Assembly (NCBI GenBank): GCA_030922375.1
Contig: JAVEPB010000049.1
Span: 5,074-69,073 of the forward strand
DNA: 64,000 nucleotides
Source of the DNA: a bacterium
GTDB lineage: Bacteria > UBA8248
Direction of reading: 5' to 3'
The notes beneath the pieces were generated by a model. That model had not been told where the DNA came from and searched no databases. It saw nothing but the letters and a program-made list of their open reading frames with translations. Positions 1 to 8,933 of the stretch are shown here, in pieces. Within the stretch, counting starts at the first letter, position 1. Every line of letters begins with the position of its first letter. Position numbers and translations under genes: made by a program.

Positions 1-1266
1 GTAGGGGTTCCCCTGGAAGGAATAGCTGCCGATGACGGCCATCATGGTGATCAAAGGGATCACCAGGTGGCGGGGAAGCTGGCCCAGCCGAGCGTAGAGC
101 AAGGCAAAGAAGCGCCCAATTGCCAGATTGAAGAAGTTGCCGATGAACAAAATGATGAACAGGGAATAGACCACAGTGGGATAGAGCTCAAACATCCGAG
201 GCGAGGGCGTCGCCCCCTGAAGCATGAGGGCGCCTCCGATGAGCGCGGCCGAGGAGCTTCCGGGGATGCCGAAAGCGAGCAAGGGGATCAGCGTGGGACC
301 CACGGTGGCGTTGTTGCCCGCCTCGGCGGCGGCGATGCCCTCGATAACGCCCGATCCGATTTTTTTCTCCGGGAAGGCCTGCTTGGCCACGCTGTAGGAG
401 AGAAAGGCCCCCGCCGTGGCGCCCAGCCCCGGCAGCATACCCACGAACGAGCCCACGCCCAAGCCGATCGACATCTCCTTCCAGCACCGCAGGTACTCCC
501 TAAAAGAGAGGCCCTCGGTTCCCGTGGTGAGCGCCTCTGCGATGGCCCGTCCAGTGGACTGGATCGTCTGATTCTCTCGCATGAGGATGACGAACTCCTC
601 AAGCATCCGGCTCATGGCGAAGATGCCGATCATCATCGGAATGAGGTGGATGCCCTCTTCGAGCCACCAGATGCCGAAGGTGTTTCTCGAAACGGCGCCG
701 ATAGGGTCTGAGCCGATGGTGCCCACGAAGAGGCCCAGCGCCGCGCTCATCATCCCCTTGGCGAGGTGGCGGCCGCTGAGTGCGCCCAGCAGCGTCACCG
801 CCAGGACCATGAGCCAGAAACGCTCCGAGGGGCCGAACTTGAGGGCGACGACCGCCAGAAGGGGTGCGATGACGATGGTAATCACGTCGCTCAGAGTGTC
901 AGCGGTCACGGAGGCGTAGAGCGCCATCAGGATCGCTTTTCGCCCCTTGCCCCGCCGCATGAGCTTGAAGCCATCGTAAACGGTGGCGGCGGCCTCGGGG
1001 GTTCCCGGCGTGGCGAAACTGATGGCCGAGATGGAACCGCCATAAACGGCGCCTTTGTATAGGCCGATGAGGAGACCCAAGGCAGAGGCGGTGTCCATTC
1101 CGAAAGTGAGCGGAAGCATCAGGGCCACGCCGGTCGAGGCCGTGAGGCCGGGAATCGCGCCCACGCCCACCCCGATGGTCACCCCCACCGCCAGCCAGTA
1201 GAGCGTCCGGAAGGTGAAGACCAGGGTTAACGCATCGTAAAAGGGGTCTACCTGAAAAATATCCAT
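1..1266 (-). CDS. tctA: Tripartite tricarboxylate transporter large permease TctA (3' end runs off the window; absent from the ORF track because no stop lies in the window)
   Basis: Manual minus-strand translation from ATG 1266..1264 gives 422 open codons down to position 1. It reads MDIFQVDPFYDALTLVFTFRTLYWLAVGVTIGVGVGAIPGLTASTGVALMLPLTFGMD... and is a polytopic Gly/Ala-rich TctA-like permease. It lies directly downstream of tctC and tctB. Confidence 0.85.
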   Translation of the reverse strand, partial: MDIFQVDPFYDALTLVFTFRTLYWLAVGVTIGVGVGAIPGLTASTGVALMLPLTFGMDTASALGLLIGLYKGAVYGGSISAISFATPGTPEAAATVYDGFKLMRRGKGRKAILMALYASVTADTLSDVITIVIAPLLAVVALKFGPSERFWLMVLAVTLLGALSGRHLAKGMMSAALGLFVGTIGSDPIGAVSRNTFGIWWLEEGIHLIPMMIGIFAMSRMLEEFVILMRENQTIQSTGRAIAEALTTGTEGLSFREYLRCWKEMSIGLGVGSFVGMLPGLGATAGAFLSYSVAKQAFPEKKIGSGVIEGIAAAEAGNNATVGPTLIPLLAFGIPGSSSAALIGGALMLQGATPSPRMFELYPTVVYSLFIILFIGNFFNLAIGRFFALLYARLGQLPRHLVIPLITMMAVIGSYSFQGNPY

Positions 1267-1291
1267 TTCGCGCCGAACGGTTTCCTAATTT

Positions 1292-1792
1292 TTAAAAAGG
1301 TAAAATGCCGGGAGGAAGATCGATCCCGATCAGTTTAAACAATCCGTAGACCAGCACCGCGGTCACGGCTCCCGCGATAAGCGCGCTCGACCATGGCCTG
1401 AGCCCGAGAAAATAGACGAAAACGAACAGGAAAAAAGGGCTGACCAGCAAATAGCCTATCTCCAGGATCAGGTAAAAATACGCGCCGCACCCCACCAGGA
1501 CCACGATACTGAACAAAAACCACACCCATCGCATTTCGTCCAGTTCCCGAATTCGCTCATTTCGGTTGCGGTCCAGAATGAGCGAGACCGTGCAAAGCAA
1601 CATGAAAACGACGCCCGTAACGGGAAAGAAGCCGAGGGTGAAGCCGTCGCGAAGCTCTTCGTGAACCCATGGGGAAAATTGCAAAAAAGTCAGGTAGGCA
1701 AGCAGACACGCCGTCAGGAGAACGCCGACTCCCTGATTCGTCCTGATCCACTTTTGAACCGGGCTCCGCTCCGGGGGGAGGACGCCGGACAT
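1292..1792 (-). CDS. tctB: Small TctB-type membrane subunit of the tripartite tricarboxylate transporter
   Basis: 166-aa ORF with about 4 hydrophobic helices (GVGVLLTACLLAYLTFL, VTGVVFMLLCTVSLIL, VWFLFSIVVLVGCGAYFYLIL, FFLFVFVYFLGL). It is sandwiched between tctC and tctA. Confidence 0.7.
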   Translation of the reverse strand: MSGVLPPERSPVQKWIRTNQGVGVLLTACLLAYLTFLQFSPWVHEELRDGFTLGFFPVTGVVFMLLCTVSLILDRNRNERIRELDEMRWVWFLFSIVVLVGCGAYFYLILEIGYLLVSPFFLFVFVYFLGLRPWSSALIAGAVTAVLVYGLFKLIGIDLPPGILPF

Positions 1793-1871
1793 AAATCGAC
1801 TCCTGTGAAATTTCCGGCCAGGGCCGCCAGAAGGGCCGGCCCGGGCCGAGATCTATCAACGGGAACGGGAA

Positions 1872-2840
1872 TTATTTCTTCTTGAGAAGACTTACGGCGC
1901 CCGCCATCTTTTTCACAACGCCGGCGTAAACTTTCGCCGCCTCGGCCCTTGGAGAATAGATGATTTCCTCGCCGATTTTCTTAATCAGCCGCTTCACCGG
2001 CTTTTGCTTGAGCAATTTTCCGATTTGGACCGAGAGCTCGTCCGCGATGGCATCCGGGGTGTCGGGATGCACGCCGATCCAGCGGGGGAAACTGATATCT
2101 TTAATCCCCGCGTCCTTCGCCATCGGGAGCCCCTTGAACATTTTGAGTTTCTTGCTGATCTTCATGTTGCTCGAATTAATGATCGCCGAGGCCCGTTTGG
2201 GAACTAAACCCGCGCCAGAAGACGCTGTGATGGCAACCAGGTTGACGTGCCCGCCCAGAAAGTCGCTCACCGCTTTGCCAGTGCCGGAATAGGGAACCGC
2301 CGTCACCTTCAGTCCAAGCTGGTTGAGGATGAACGTCTGGCCCAGCAGGTGGGATTGCGTTCCGCCGAGGGTGAGCTTTCCGGGGTTCTTCTTGGCGTAG
2401 GACTTCAGGCCGTCCAAGGAGGCCCAGGGCTTCCCGGGAGCGCTCAGCAAAATAGAGCGGAACGAGGACACAAGTGCTACGATCTTGACCTGACTGGTTT
2501 TGAGAGGAGGGTTTTTCTCTCTCAAAAGGCCGATGATGGGCGTCGGACTGGCCATCAGAATTGTGCATCCGTTGGGCTTTTTGCTCAGCATATACTTCCA
2601 CCCCACGACGCCAGAGGCGCCGGGCTTGTTCACAACCCGCATGGCCATGCCGAACACGTCGAAAGATGCCGAAGAGAGTATCCGCCCCCAGCGGTCCGTG
2701 CCGCCGCCCGCGCCGAAGGGTACCACCCAGGTAATCACGTTCCGCGGGCACTTCAGCTCCGCCTGGCCCGGACGTACCCCGGCAAAAACGAAACTCAACG
2801 AAAGAAATACAACCGCAAGAATTTTCATCCCTGTTCTCAT
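1872..2840 (-). CDS. tctC: Bug/TctC-family periplasmic substrate-binding protein
   Basis: 322-aa ORF with signal peptide MKILAVVFLSLSFVFAGV and TctC-like motifs VVPFGAGGGTDRWGR and NKPGASGVVG. Confidence 0.85.
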   Translation of the reverse strand: MRTGMKILAVVFLSLSFVFAGVRPGQAELKCPRNVITWVVPFGAGGGTDRWGRILSSASFDVFGMAMRVVNKPGASGVVGWKYMLSKKPNGCTILMASPTPIIGLLREKNPPLKTSQVKIVALVSSFRSILLSAPGKPWASLDGLKSYAKKNPGKLTLGGTQSHLLGQTFILNQLGLKVTAVPYSGTGKAVSDFLGGHVNLVAITASSGAGLVPKRASAIINSSNMKISKKLKMFKGLPMAKDAGIKDISFPRWIGVHPDTPDAIADELSVQIGKLLKQKPVKRLIKKIGEEIIYSPRAEAAKVYAGVVKKMAGAVSLLKKK

Positions 2841-2861
2841 GCTCTCCCTCCTTTCAGTAAA

Positions 2862-3713
2862 TCAGGTAACTTCTCTCGGGTCCTGAATAACCACTTCGGA
2901 GACGTCGTGGCCGCCCTCCCGGCAGGCGGACCCAATCATTTCGGCCAAATCCTTTCCGGGAAGAATACATTCTTCACAGACACTATCCCAAAAAATGAGT
3001 TTCATGGTAATCGTGCCGTTTTCCCGGGAAGCGACGGCGAGGTCGGCTCCATCCGCCTGGAGCATCTTCCGTATGGGTGAGATCGCTTCATCGAGGGGGC
3101 CAAGATCCATGGAGGGGGTTTCCGGGGCGGACGTGGCTGTACCACCGCCCTTCTCCGTGCCGGAAGACTGAGTACCCGTCAGATGACGAACGAGATCGGA
3201 ATAGATGGCTTCCACTTTTTCCTCGATTTCATCCTCAGTAGCCACGGCTACCGGGTGTTCGAGCATAACGAAAGGCAACTCCGGATATCCCAGCGCCCTC
3301 TGCTGCGCCTCGGCGATGGATTGAAACGCGGTGGTGATCACGCAGACGGTTGGAATCCCAGCTTTTTCAAGATTCACCGAGTCCTGGAGACTCCAGGAGG
3401 TGCAGCTTCCTCATTCTCCGAGGCCGGTGACGGCCGCATCTGCATGTTCGGCGACCGGATCGAGAATATCCGGACGGGCGGGCCGTGTGAAAAAGGGTTT
3501 TTGGTGATGGCGAACTTTTTTGACGCCCTCGCGTTCGACGAGCATCTCCCCGAGCCGTTGAAAATATTTGTTCAGCGGCTGGAGCTTATTGTTGTCTAGA
3601 AAAGCGACGGTTTTGCCGCGAAGAATGTCCAGGCGCGGTGAAAGCTCTCCCCCGCCAGGGAAGCGGTCAGGGGTGGGATTCAGGACGATGATGCCGCCGA
3701 TTGGATTTCTCAT
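2862..3713 (-). CDS. UGSC-motif selenoprotein (Sec encoded by in-frame TGA at 3413..3411) with a NifU/Nfu-like C-terminal domain
   Basis: ORFs 3411..3713 and 2862..3377 are in the same frame and separated only by TGA plus 11 open codons. The joined product reads ...AAVTGLGE-U-GSCTSWSLQDSVNLEKAGIPTVCV.... A SECIS-like hairpin follows the TGA. The C-terminus ISPIRKMLQADGADL...KLIFWDSVCEEC resembles an Nfu domain. Confidence 0.8.
3375..3402 (-). promoter_or_regulatory. Candidate bacterial SECIS hairpin for the UGSC selenoprotein
   Basis: RNA sense is CACC-U-CCUGGA-GUC-UCCAGG-ACUC-GGUG. The 4-bp plus 6-bp stems start 8 nt after the UGA, and the apical loop contains GU. Confidence 0.55.
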
Positions 3714-3716
3714 GGC

Positions 3717-4778
3717 TCAAACCTCGATCTTTTCGGTGACCGCGCGGGTCCCCCAGCCGGGGATGAATACCGAATGCCGTCCCTGTCCGCCCGCGACGAT
3801 AACCAGAATATCCTCGGGAGTCCGGACGATAGGGGCGAGGGATTCCTCGTTTTCCCGGTCCACCCATCTGGGCCAGAAATTTTTCTTGTATTCGGAGCCG
3901 TACATTCCGTTGTATTTGAGTTCCTTGAGAGGCTGCCGAGCTGTTTCCCAGAGATAATACTGCACGTCGCGTTTTTTCCAGCCACTCTCGGCGATGCTTG
4001 CGGCGTGTTCCGGGCAGAGAACAACCATCGTATCGCCCATGACGTAAAAATTGTTGTGCCCGGTGCCCTTCATCGCCCCGGCGACGCCGTAGAGAATCTG
4101 AAGCGGGTCTCGCTCGGCGTGGTTATTGATGTTATGGGGCGGCTCGCAACTAAAGGCCGTAATGGTGCTCTCCTCGGCCTTGAAGCCCCGTCCGGCATGA
4201 AACGGCTCCCAGGGGCTTTCCTCCTCGTTCTCGGCAAAGAGGTAGGCGTATTTCCCCGGGTGGCCGAAGGTGGCCTTGTCCGTTTCCCCGGGGATTCCGC
4301 CACCGAGGTTCATCATAATGAGCCTGAGCGCCCGGCCTATAGCGGCGTTCGCCCGGAATCCGCTGCCCAAGCAGCCAGCCTTGGAGTTAATTTCGAGCTT
4401 CCGGGCGATGGGGCCGTTGACCACGAAAGAGGGGGTGCTCATGTGGGTGGTGGACTGAACCCCCTTGAGATTGAATTTTTCGGTCAGCATGGCCTTGAGG
4501 CCGGCGATTACGACGGGGAGATACTCTGGTTTGCATCCGGCCATGAGGGCGTTAATAGCCACCTTTTCCACGGTCGCGCCGCCGTTTATAGGAGGAACGT
4601 AGCCGATGAATTCCTGCGGATCCCGGTCTCCCACCATGCGCCGGACTCCATCCGGGGTGGGTGGAACGATGGGCAGCCCGTCCGTCCATCCGTTCTCCAT
4701 GAAAATTTCGATGGCCGCGATGGGATCTTTGACCGGAATTTCCTTCGATTCGAGGATCGTCATTTTCTTCTCCAACAT
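3717..4778 (-). CDS. Conserved-looking soluble protein of unknown function, translationally coupled to the selenoprotein gene
   Basis: ORF 3717..4958. The 5' part overlaps the CoA-transferase gene, so I placed the start at ATG 4778. ATG 4763 is an alternative and has GGAG 6 nt upstream. I can assign no motif (GWTDGLPIVPPTPDG, KGVQSTTHMSTP, GGGIPGETDKATFGHPGKY). The stop is 3 nt from the selenoprotein ATG. Confidence 0.6.
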   Translation of the reverse strand: MLEKKMTILESKEIPVKDPIAAIEIFMENGWTDGLPIVPPTPDGVRRMVGDRDPQEFIGYVPPINGGATVEKVAINALMAGCKPEYLPVVIAGLKAMLTEKFNLKGVQSTTHMSTPSFVVNGPIARKLEINSKAGCLGSGFRANAAIGRALRLIMMNLGGGIPGETDKATFGHPGKYAYLFAENEEESPWEPFHAGRGFKAEESTITAFSCEPPHNINNHAERDPLQILYGVAGAMKGTGHNNFYVMGDTMVVLCPEHAASIAESGWKKRDVQYYLWETARQPLKELKYNGMYGSEYKKNFWPRWVDRENEESLAPIVRTPEDILVIVAGGQGRHSVFIPGWGTRAVTEKIEV

Positions 4779-4816
4779 CCGGTTTGCCCGGGGCCTGGCG
4801 GAAGGGCCCGCCCTTT

Positions 4817-6136
4817 CTATTCCATCCGATTGAGTTTCCTTGCCGCCGCCGAGAGTTCTTCCCGGAAATCCGGGTGGGCGATTTCGATGAGGGTATTCGC
4901 CCGCTCGCGCAGAGAGCGTCCCCTGAGATTCCTGGCCCCGTATTCGGTGACAATCCATTCCGTCTCGGCCCGGGGAACCGTTACGGTGGCCCCAGCGTCC
5001 AGATAAGGAACGATCCGGGAAACCCCGTCGCCCTTTGCCGTGCTCGGCAGAGTAACGACGAACCGGCCGCCAGGGCTGCGCGATGAGCCGCGGGCAAAGT
5101 CCGAAAGCCCACCCGTGCCGGATATTTGCCGCGATCCCAGGCTTTCGGAGTTAACCTGTCCAGTCAAGTCTACCTGCACCGCACCGTTAATTGCCACCAT
5201 GTTCTCGATTTGTCCGATACGATAGGGATCGTTCGTGTATTCGATGGGATGAAATTCGATGGCAGGGTTACGGTCGATATAGCCGTATAAATTGCGGGTG
5301 CCGCGGCAAAAGCTGGTGACGATCTTCCCCCGATCAATGGTTTTTTTTGAACAGGTGATGCAACCCTTTTCGATAAGATCGATCATCCAGTCGGTGAACA
5401 GTTCTGTATGGATACCGAGGTCCTTCCTGCCGTCCAGAAACTCCGCAGTGGCGGCCGGCACCGCTCCGCCACCCACCTGAAGACAGTCTCCGTCACGCAC
5501 GAGTGAGGCGACGTGAGCTCCGATTTTCTCCTCGACCTCGCCGATTAGGGGGCGGGGTTGTTCGGCCAGGGGATAATCCACCTCGATAACAGCGTCGGCG
5601 CATTCCAGTGGAAAGCGTACAGGTCCAGCCGTTTCGGGCGCCTGGCGGTTTACCTCGGCGATGACAGTTCGCGCCGCGCGTCGGGCGGATTCCATGAAAC
5701 CAATATAAGCGCCATAGCTGCATGTGCCGTCCGGGGCGGGCGGAGCGAGGGAAACCACGGCTACGTCGAGCTTTCGGGGTTCTTCGAAAAATAGACGGCC
5801 AATCTCGTGAAAATAAGCGGGGGTGAAATCAGCGTTCCCCTCCGCCACGGCGTCGCGCATCGCCCGAGGCACCAGCATTGTGTTCAGGCGGATATGCCTA
5901 GCCATCTCGGGTCTTGTGTCCGGCGATTTCCCCAAAAGCCGCATGTGTATGAGCTCGACTCCTTTGAGCTCGCCGGCGCGCTCGTATAGCGCATTCAGGA
6001 ACGCCAAGGGCGTGCTGGCGTTGGCGCTTATGGCAACCCTGTCTCCCGATTTCACGAGCGCCGCCGCTTCCCCGGGGGAGCAGACTTTTGCCCGGGAACA
6101 AAGGTTTTCCGTGGCGGTGGCCCGTTTCTTTGTCAT
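4817..6136 (-). CDS. Acetyl-CoA hydrolase/transferase family protein (4-hydroxybutyrate CoA-transferase-like)
   Basis: ORF 4817..6184 with motifs CSPGEAAALVKSGDRVAISANASTP and SGTGGLSDFARGS. I moved the start to ATG 6136, which has AGGAG upstream. The reason is that 6151..6184 belongs to a repeat that is non-coding at 34365. Confidence 0.85.
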   Translation of the reverse strand: MTKKRATATENLCSRAKVCSPGEAAALVKSGDRVAISANASTPLAFLNALYERAGELKGVELIHMRLLGKSPDTRPEMARHIRLNTMLVPRAMRDAVAEGNADFTPAYFHEIGRLFFEEPRKLDVAVVSLAPPAPDGTCSYGAYIGFMESARRAARTVIAEVNRQAPETAGPVRFPLECADAVIEVDYPLAEQPRPLIGEVEEKIGAHVASLVRDGDCLQVGGGAVPAATAEFLDGRKDLGIHTELFTDWMIDLIEKGCITCSKKTIDRGKIVTSFCRGTRNLYGYIDRNPAIEFHPIEYTNDPYRIGQIENMVAINGAVQVDLTGQVNSESLGSRQISGTGGLSDFARGSSRSPGGRFVVTLPSTAKGDGVSRIVPYLDAGATVTVPRAETEWIVTEYGARNLRGRSLRERANTLIEIAHPDFREELSAAARKLNRME

Positions 6137-6150
6137 CGGGCGATACTCCT

Positions 6151-6245
6151 GTTCTGGTTCAGCGAATCTTTGGGTTGTTTTCACTGCAGGAACGACTTGA
6201 TTTACCGGCGTTTATAATTCTCCCATAGGCCCGACTGAAAATACT
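6151..6245. repeat. Intergenic repeat, B-module copy (GTTCTGGTTCAGCGAATC...TCACTGCAGGAACGACTTGA...)
   Basis: About 80 percent identical by eye over about 95 nt to 34365..34460. Both copies lie immediately upstream of minus-strand start codons. Confidence 0.8.
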
Positions 6246-6305
6246 TTTTAGGGCCATAACTTCCGCTACATAGGCAGGAATGGCGCGCTTCCCGCCATTC
6301 GGAAA

Positions 6306-7343
6306 TTAACGCTCCCTCTCCTCAAGAATCTCTGCAATTTCTACCGGCTGACCCCGCTCAGCCGAGCATAAGCCTGCCCGAACCACCGCCAGAACGTGAA
6401 GGCCCTCCTGGCCACCAACCTCAGGCGCACGGCCTTCTCGGACTGCTCCAGCGAAATCCTCCAGATTTTCTCTCACTTGCCCTTGGCCAGGGAATTCCTC
6501 GAAGGGGACATGCTCCATTATTTCCCCGTCTCGCTTTAGAATGGAAACACCGTCCCAACGGTCGTAGTATATGTTCGCTTCGCTGCCAAACGTGTTCAGG
6601 GATAATGTGAAGCGTCCTTTTCGGTTAGTCGGACTGATGAAACTGGAACCAAGAGTACCCAGGAGTCCAGATTCGAACTCGAGCCAAAGAACGGCCACGT
6701 CGGGAATTTCCGATTTCGTCATCACCTTACTGAACGCTGCCGATACTCGACGAATCGGGCCAAACAGATAGAGCATGTTGTCGATTTGATGTACTGCTAC
6801 CTGCATCAAGGGCCCACCGGGGGACCCATCATTATACCACTGCCAGTCATTGGGAGTGTAAAAGAACCCGCGATCATTCGAATAATTGGCTTCGACCATG
6901 GCGAGTTCCCCCACGAACCCTTCCTGAAGCATCTGGCTGACGATGCGCAGGCCGCGCGTGAACCGATAGCTGGCATTCACGGTCAGCACGACGCCCGCCT
7001 CTTCACAAGCCCGAATCGTGGCCTTGGCGTCAGAGATGGTGGTGGTGATTGGTTTATCCGCACGGACATGTTTACCGTGACCTGCCGCCGCGATCGCTTG
7101 CTCTGCATGCAAGTTATTGGGTGTTGTGAGAATCACGCCTTCCACTTCGGGATGTCGTAATACTGCCTCGTAACTTTCCTCCTTCTCGCATCCGAATTTT
7201 TGGCTGAAGGCCTCTCGCTTGGCTGGCGTCCGCGTGAAACAAGTAACCAAATGCAACTTGGGCGATTCCTTGATTAGTTCCGCAGTTGTATTGGCCCAGC
7301 GCCCAAGCCCGACAATTGCGACCTTTAGCGGTTCGGCGTTCAT
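6306..7343 (-). CDS. Gfo/Idh/MocA-family NAD(P)-dependent oxidoreductase
   Basis: N-terminal Rossmann motif KVAIVGLGRWA, then HVRADKPI (EKP-like) and a typical C-terminal alpha/beta domain. Length 345 aa. Confidence 0.85.
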   Translation of the reverse strand: MNAEPLKVAIVGLGRWANTTAELIKESPKLHLVTCFTRTPAKREAFSQKFGCEKEESYEAVLRHPEVEGVILTTPNNLHAEQAIAAAGHGKHVRADKPITTTISDAKATIRACEEAGVVLTVNASYRFTRGLRIVSQMLQEGFVGELAMVEANYSNDRGFFYTPNDWQWYNDGSPGGPLMQVAVHQIDNMLYLFGPIRRVSAAFSKVMTKSEIPDVAVLWLEFESGLLGTLGSSFISPTNRKGRFTLSLNTFGSEANIYYDRWDGVSILKRDGEIMEHVPFEEFPGQGQVRENLEDFAGAVREGRAPEVGGQEGLHVLAVVRAGLCSAERGQPVEIAEILEERER

Positions 7344-7385
7344 AGATGTCCTCCCAATTTAGATAACCACACATCTAGCCTGTAG

Positions 7386-7414
7386 ATGGCGAATTACAAA
7401 TTCGCAATGCACAG
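7386..7414. repeat. Palindromic element, PAL family copy P1
   Basis: ATGGCGAATTACAAATTCGCAATGCACAG shares GGCGAATTAC...TTCGC(C/A)ATGCACAG with the copies at 45891, 47667 and 60822. Confidence 0.6.
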
Positions 7415-7434
7415 CCCACGGAGAAGTCGATTCC

Positions 7435-8274
7435 CTATTCCGCTTCCAGCAAAGCAGAGGACGCCAGCAGACTTTTTTCTTTTAGCTTCTCGGGGAGAGA
7501 TGTGAGCCTCGGGTCCATCGGGCAGCGGATCTGGCAAATGGCACAGGTGGTGGGGCCACTGTCTGTGTAGGCCATGGACTTGGAGGAAAACAAAAGGTCG
7601 GGAAGTTCGCTGAGGTTTTTGTAATGGTCGATGTTATGTCCCGATCGGCCGGCGGCACAGCCAAAGTGGCTCAGGCCGTTCTCCTCCGAGATGGCGTCCC
7701 AAGGGCAGAGCCTCACGCAGATGTAGCCGCACTTGTCGGGAAGGCAGAGCTCACCATCGAAAAGAGGATCTGGCGGAAGCTCCGCAGTGGTTACCACCGA
7801 GCCCAGGCGGACGTTTGCGCCGAACTTTTCTGTGATGAGGCATCCGCTGAGGCCAATCTGGCCCAGACCCGCGAGCTCGGCCGCGTGCCGCTCAGAGAAA
7901 GAGCCCATGAATCGAATTTCGGGTTTCGGCTCCTCCCGGACGATTTCGGGTGCGCCCGAGTCCCGGGCCGCGGGCATGGGCATGGTGGTGAAACCCTGGT
8001 CTTCCAAGAGGATGGCAAGGCGGTAGGCCGCGAGGTTCAGAATCTCGTTCAGCCTGAGCCAGCCGAACTGAAGAAAGGAATAGTTCGGTGCCGTCAGAAG
8101 TGTCCCCACGGGTATGCGGACGGCGAGGGAGACGACACTCCTGGCATCACGAAGCAGATCATCCGGTCTGTGGCCTTCGGGTGCCCCGGCGAACCGCTCG
8201 ACGGGAGCCACTCCCACGAGGTCTATCCCCGACTCTCTGGCGAGCTTGTCGACTTTGCTCTTGAGTTTTTCCAT
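7435..8274 (-). CDS. 4Fe-4S cluster protein, QueG / reductive-dehalogenase-like (COG1600-type)
   Basis: Cys motifs CLPDKCGYICVRLCPWDAI and CAICQIRCPMDP. The N-terminus KVDKLARESGIDLVGVAPVERF is typical of that family. Confidence 0.55.
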   Translation of the reverse strand: MEKLKSKVDKLARESGIDLVGVAPVERFAGAPEGHRPDDLLRDARSVVSLAVRIPVGTLLTAPNYSFLQFGWLRLNEILNLAAYRLAILLEDQGFTTMPMPAARDSGAPEIVREEPKPEIRFMGSFSERHAAELAGLGQIGLSGCLITEKFGANVRLGSVVTTAELPPDPLFDGELCLPDKCGYICVRLCPWDAISEENGLSHFGCAAGRSGHNIDHYKNLSELPDLLFSSKSMAYTDSGPTTCAICQIRCPMDPRLTSLPEKLKEKSLLASSALLEAE

Positions 8275-8360
8275 CCAAAGTTTACCTCGAGAAGTAAGCT
8301 GGAATCATACGGCGACGCCTTCCATTGATCAAATTCAGACCTTTTTTTCCTTAGTCGAAG

Positions 8361-8933
8361 GTGCCTTCTGCCGAAAGGCGTACTGCCCAAATTTACGTTC
8401 GAGAGTTACGCTCCTGTTTGAATGGGGTTTTGTCAGATTTCAAAAGTATTGAAATTTCAGGGGATCCAGTTATTGCGGATCAGGGCAAGCAGTTCCGGTG
8501 CGAGAGTTTCAAGAACTGGTGCGGGCGAAGGGGCATTCAACCTCGGTTCGGCGCCGTGGGGAAAAAGGGGAGCATCTCAGTTTTCGAGCGATTCATCGAA
8601 AGCCTGAAGATCGAGTGCATAGATGAGATTCTGATGCCAAACCGGAAGAGAGGGGTCCGCCTTGAGCTGGTGCTCTTCTCAGATTGGTATAACCGGCACC
8701 GACCGCAATTCGCCCTTCGCGGGCAGACCCCCGGTGAGGTCTATGACGGGATGGAGCCTGCTAATCAGCACTCCCTGTTTGAGCGGAGGGAAAGATGCCC
8801 GGCAGGCGCCTCCCGCGCTTCTCCTCAAATCTCCGTTGCGGGAGAGCACGGCGTCATCATTCGGTTGGAGTTCAGTTATCATTCGGGCAGAAAACACTTC
8901 CCGATTGTTACCTCGAAAAGGGCGGCGTATTAA
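8361..8933 (+). mobile_element. Truncated DDE transposase / integrase-core (rve) remnant, C-terminal part only
   Basis: From about 8480 the ORF reads DQGKQFRCESFKNWCGRRGIQPRFGAVGKKGSISVFERFIESLKIECI...WYNRHRPQFALRGQTPGEVY. This is the rve-domain pattern. No N-terminal HTH or the first catalytic Asp residues are present in any frame upstream. A lower-GC patch follows at 8934..9250. Confidence 0.7.
8401..8479 (+). repeat. Intergenic repeat, A-module copy A (ends GGGATCCAGTTATTGCGGA)
   Basis: Aligns with 35956..36042, 44641..44727, 46018..46104 and 54555..54628. Its last 18 nt (8461..8478) are the exact reverse complement of 36877..36894. Confidence 0.8.

Noticed and set aside
67-1062. Plus-strand ORFs 67..711, 581..919 and 766..1062, plus the minus-strand ORFs 188..487 and 288..602
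   Set aside because: Their composition is low-complexity and Arg/Gly/Pro-rich. They lie entirely inside the clean 422-codon minus-strand TctA reading frame, so they are shadow ORFs of a GC-rich gene.
6137-6184. Longer N-terminal extensions offered by the ORF track for the CoA-transferase (start 6184) and the EamA gene (start 35509)
   Set aside because: The extensions are encoded by the B-module repeat, which is clearly non-coding in its other copies. Internal ATGs at 6136 and 35482 have good Shine-Dalgarno sequences.
8459-8476. GGATCC-N5-TTGC inside the A-module repeats resembles a sigma-54 -24/-12 promoter
   Set aside because: The GG-to-GC spacing is one nt longer than the canonical TGGCAC-N5-TTGC in copies A, B and C. 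It differs again in copy D, and the CAC after GG is missing.
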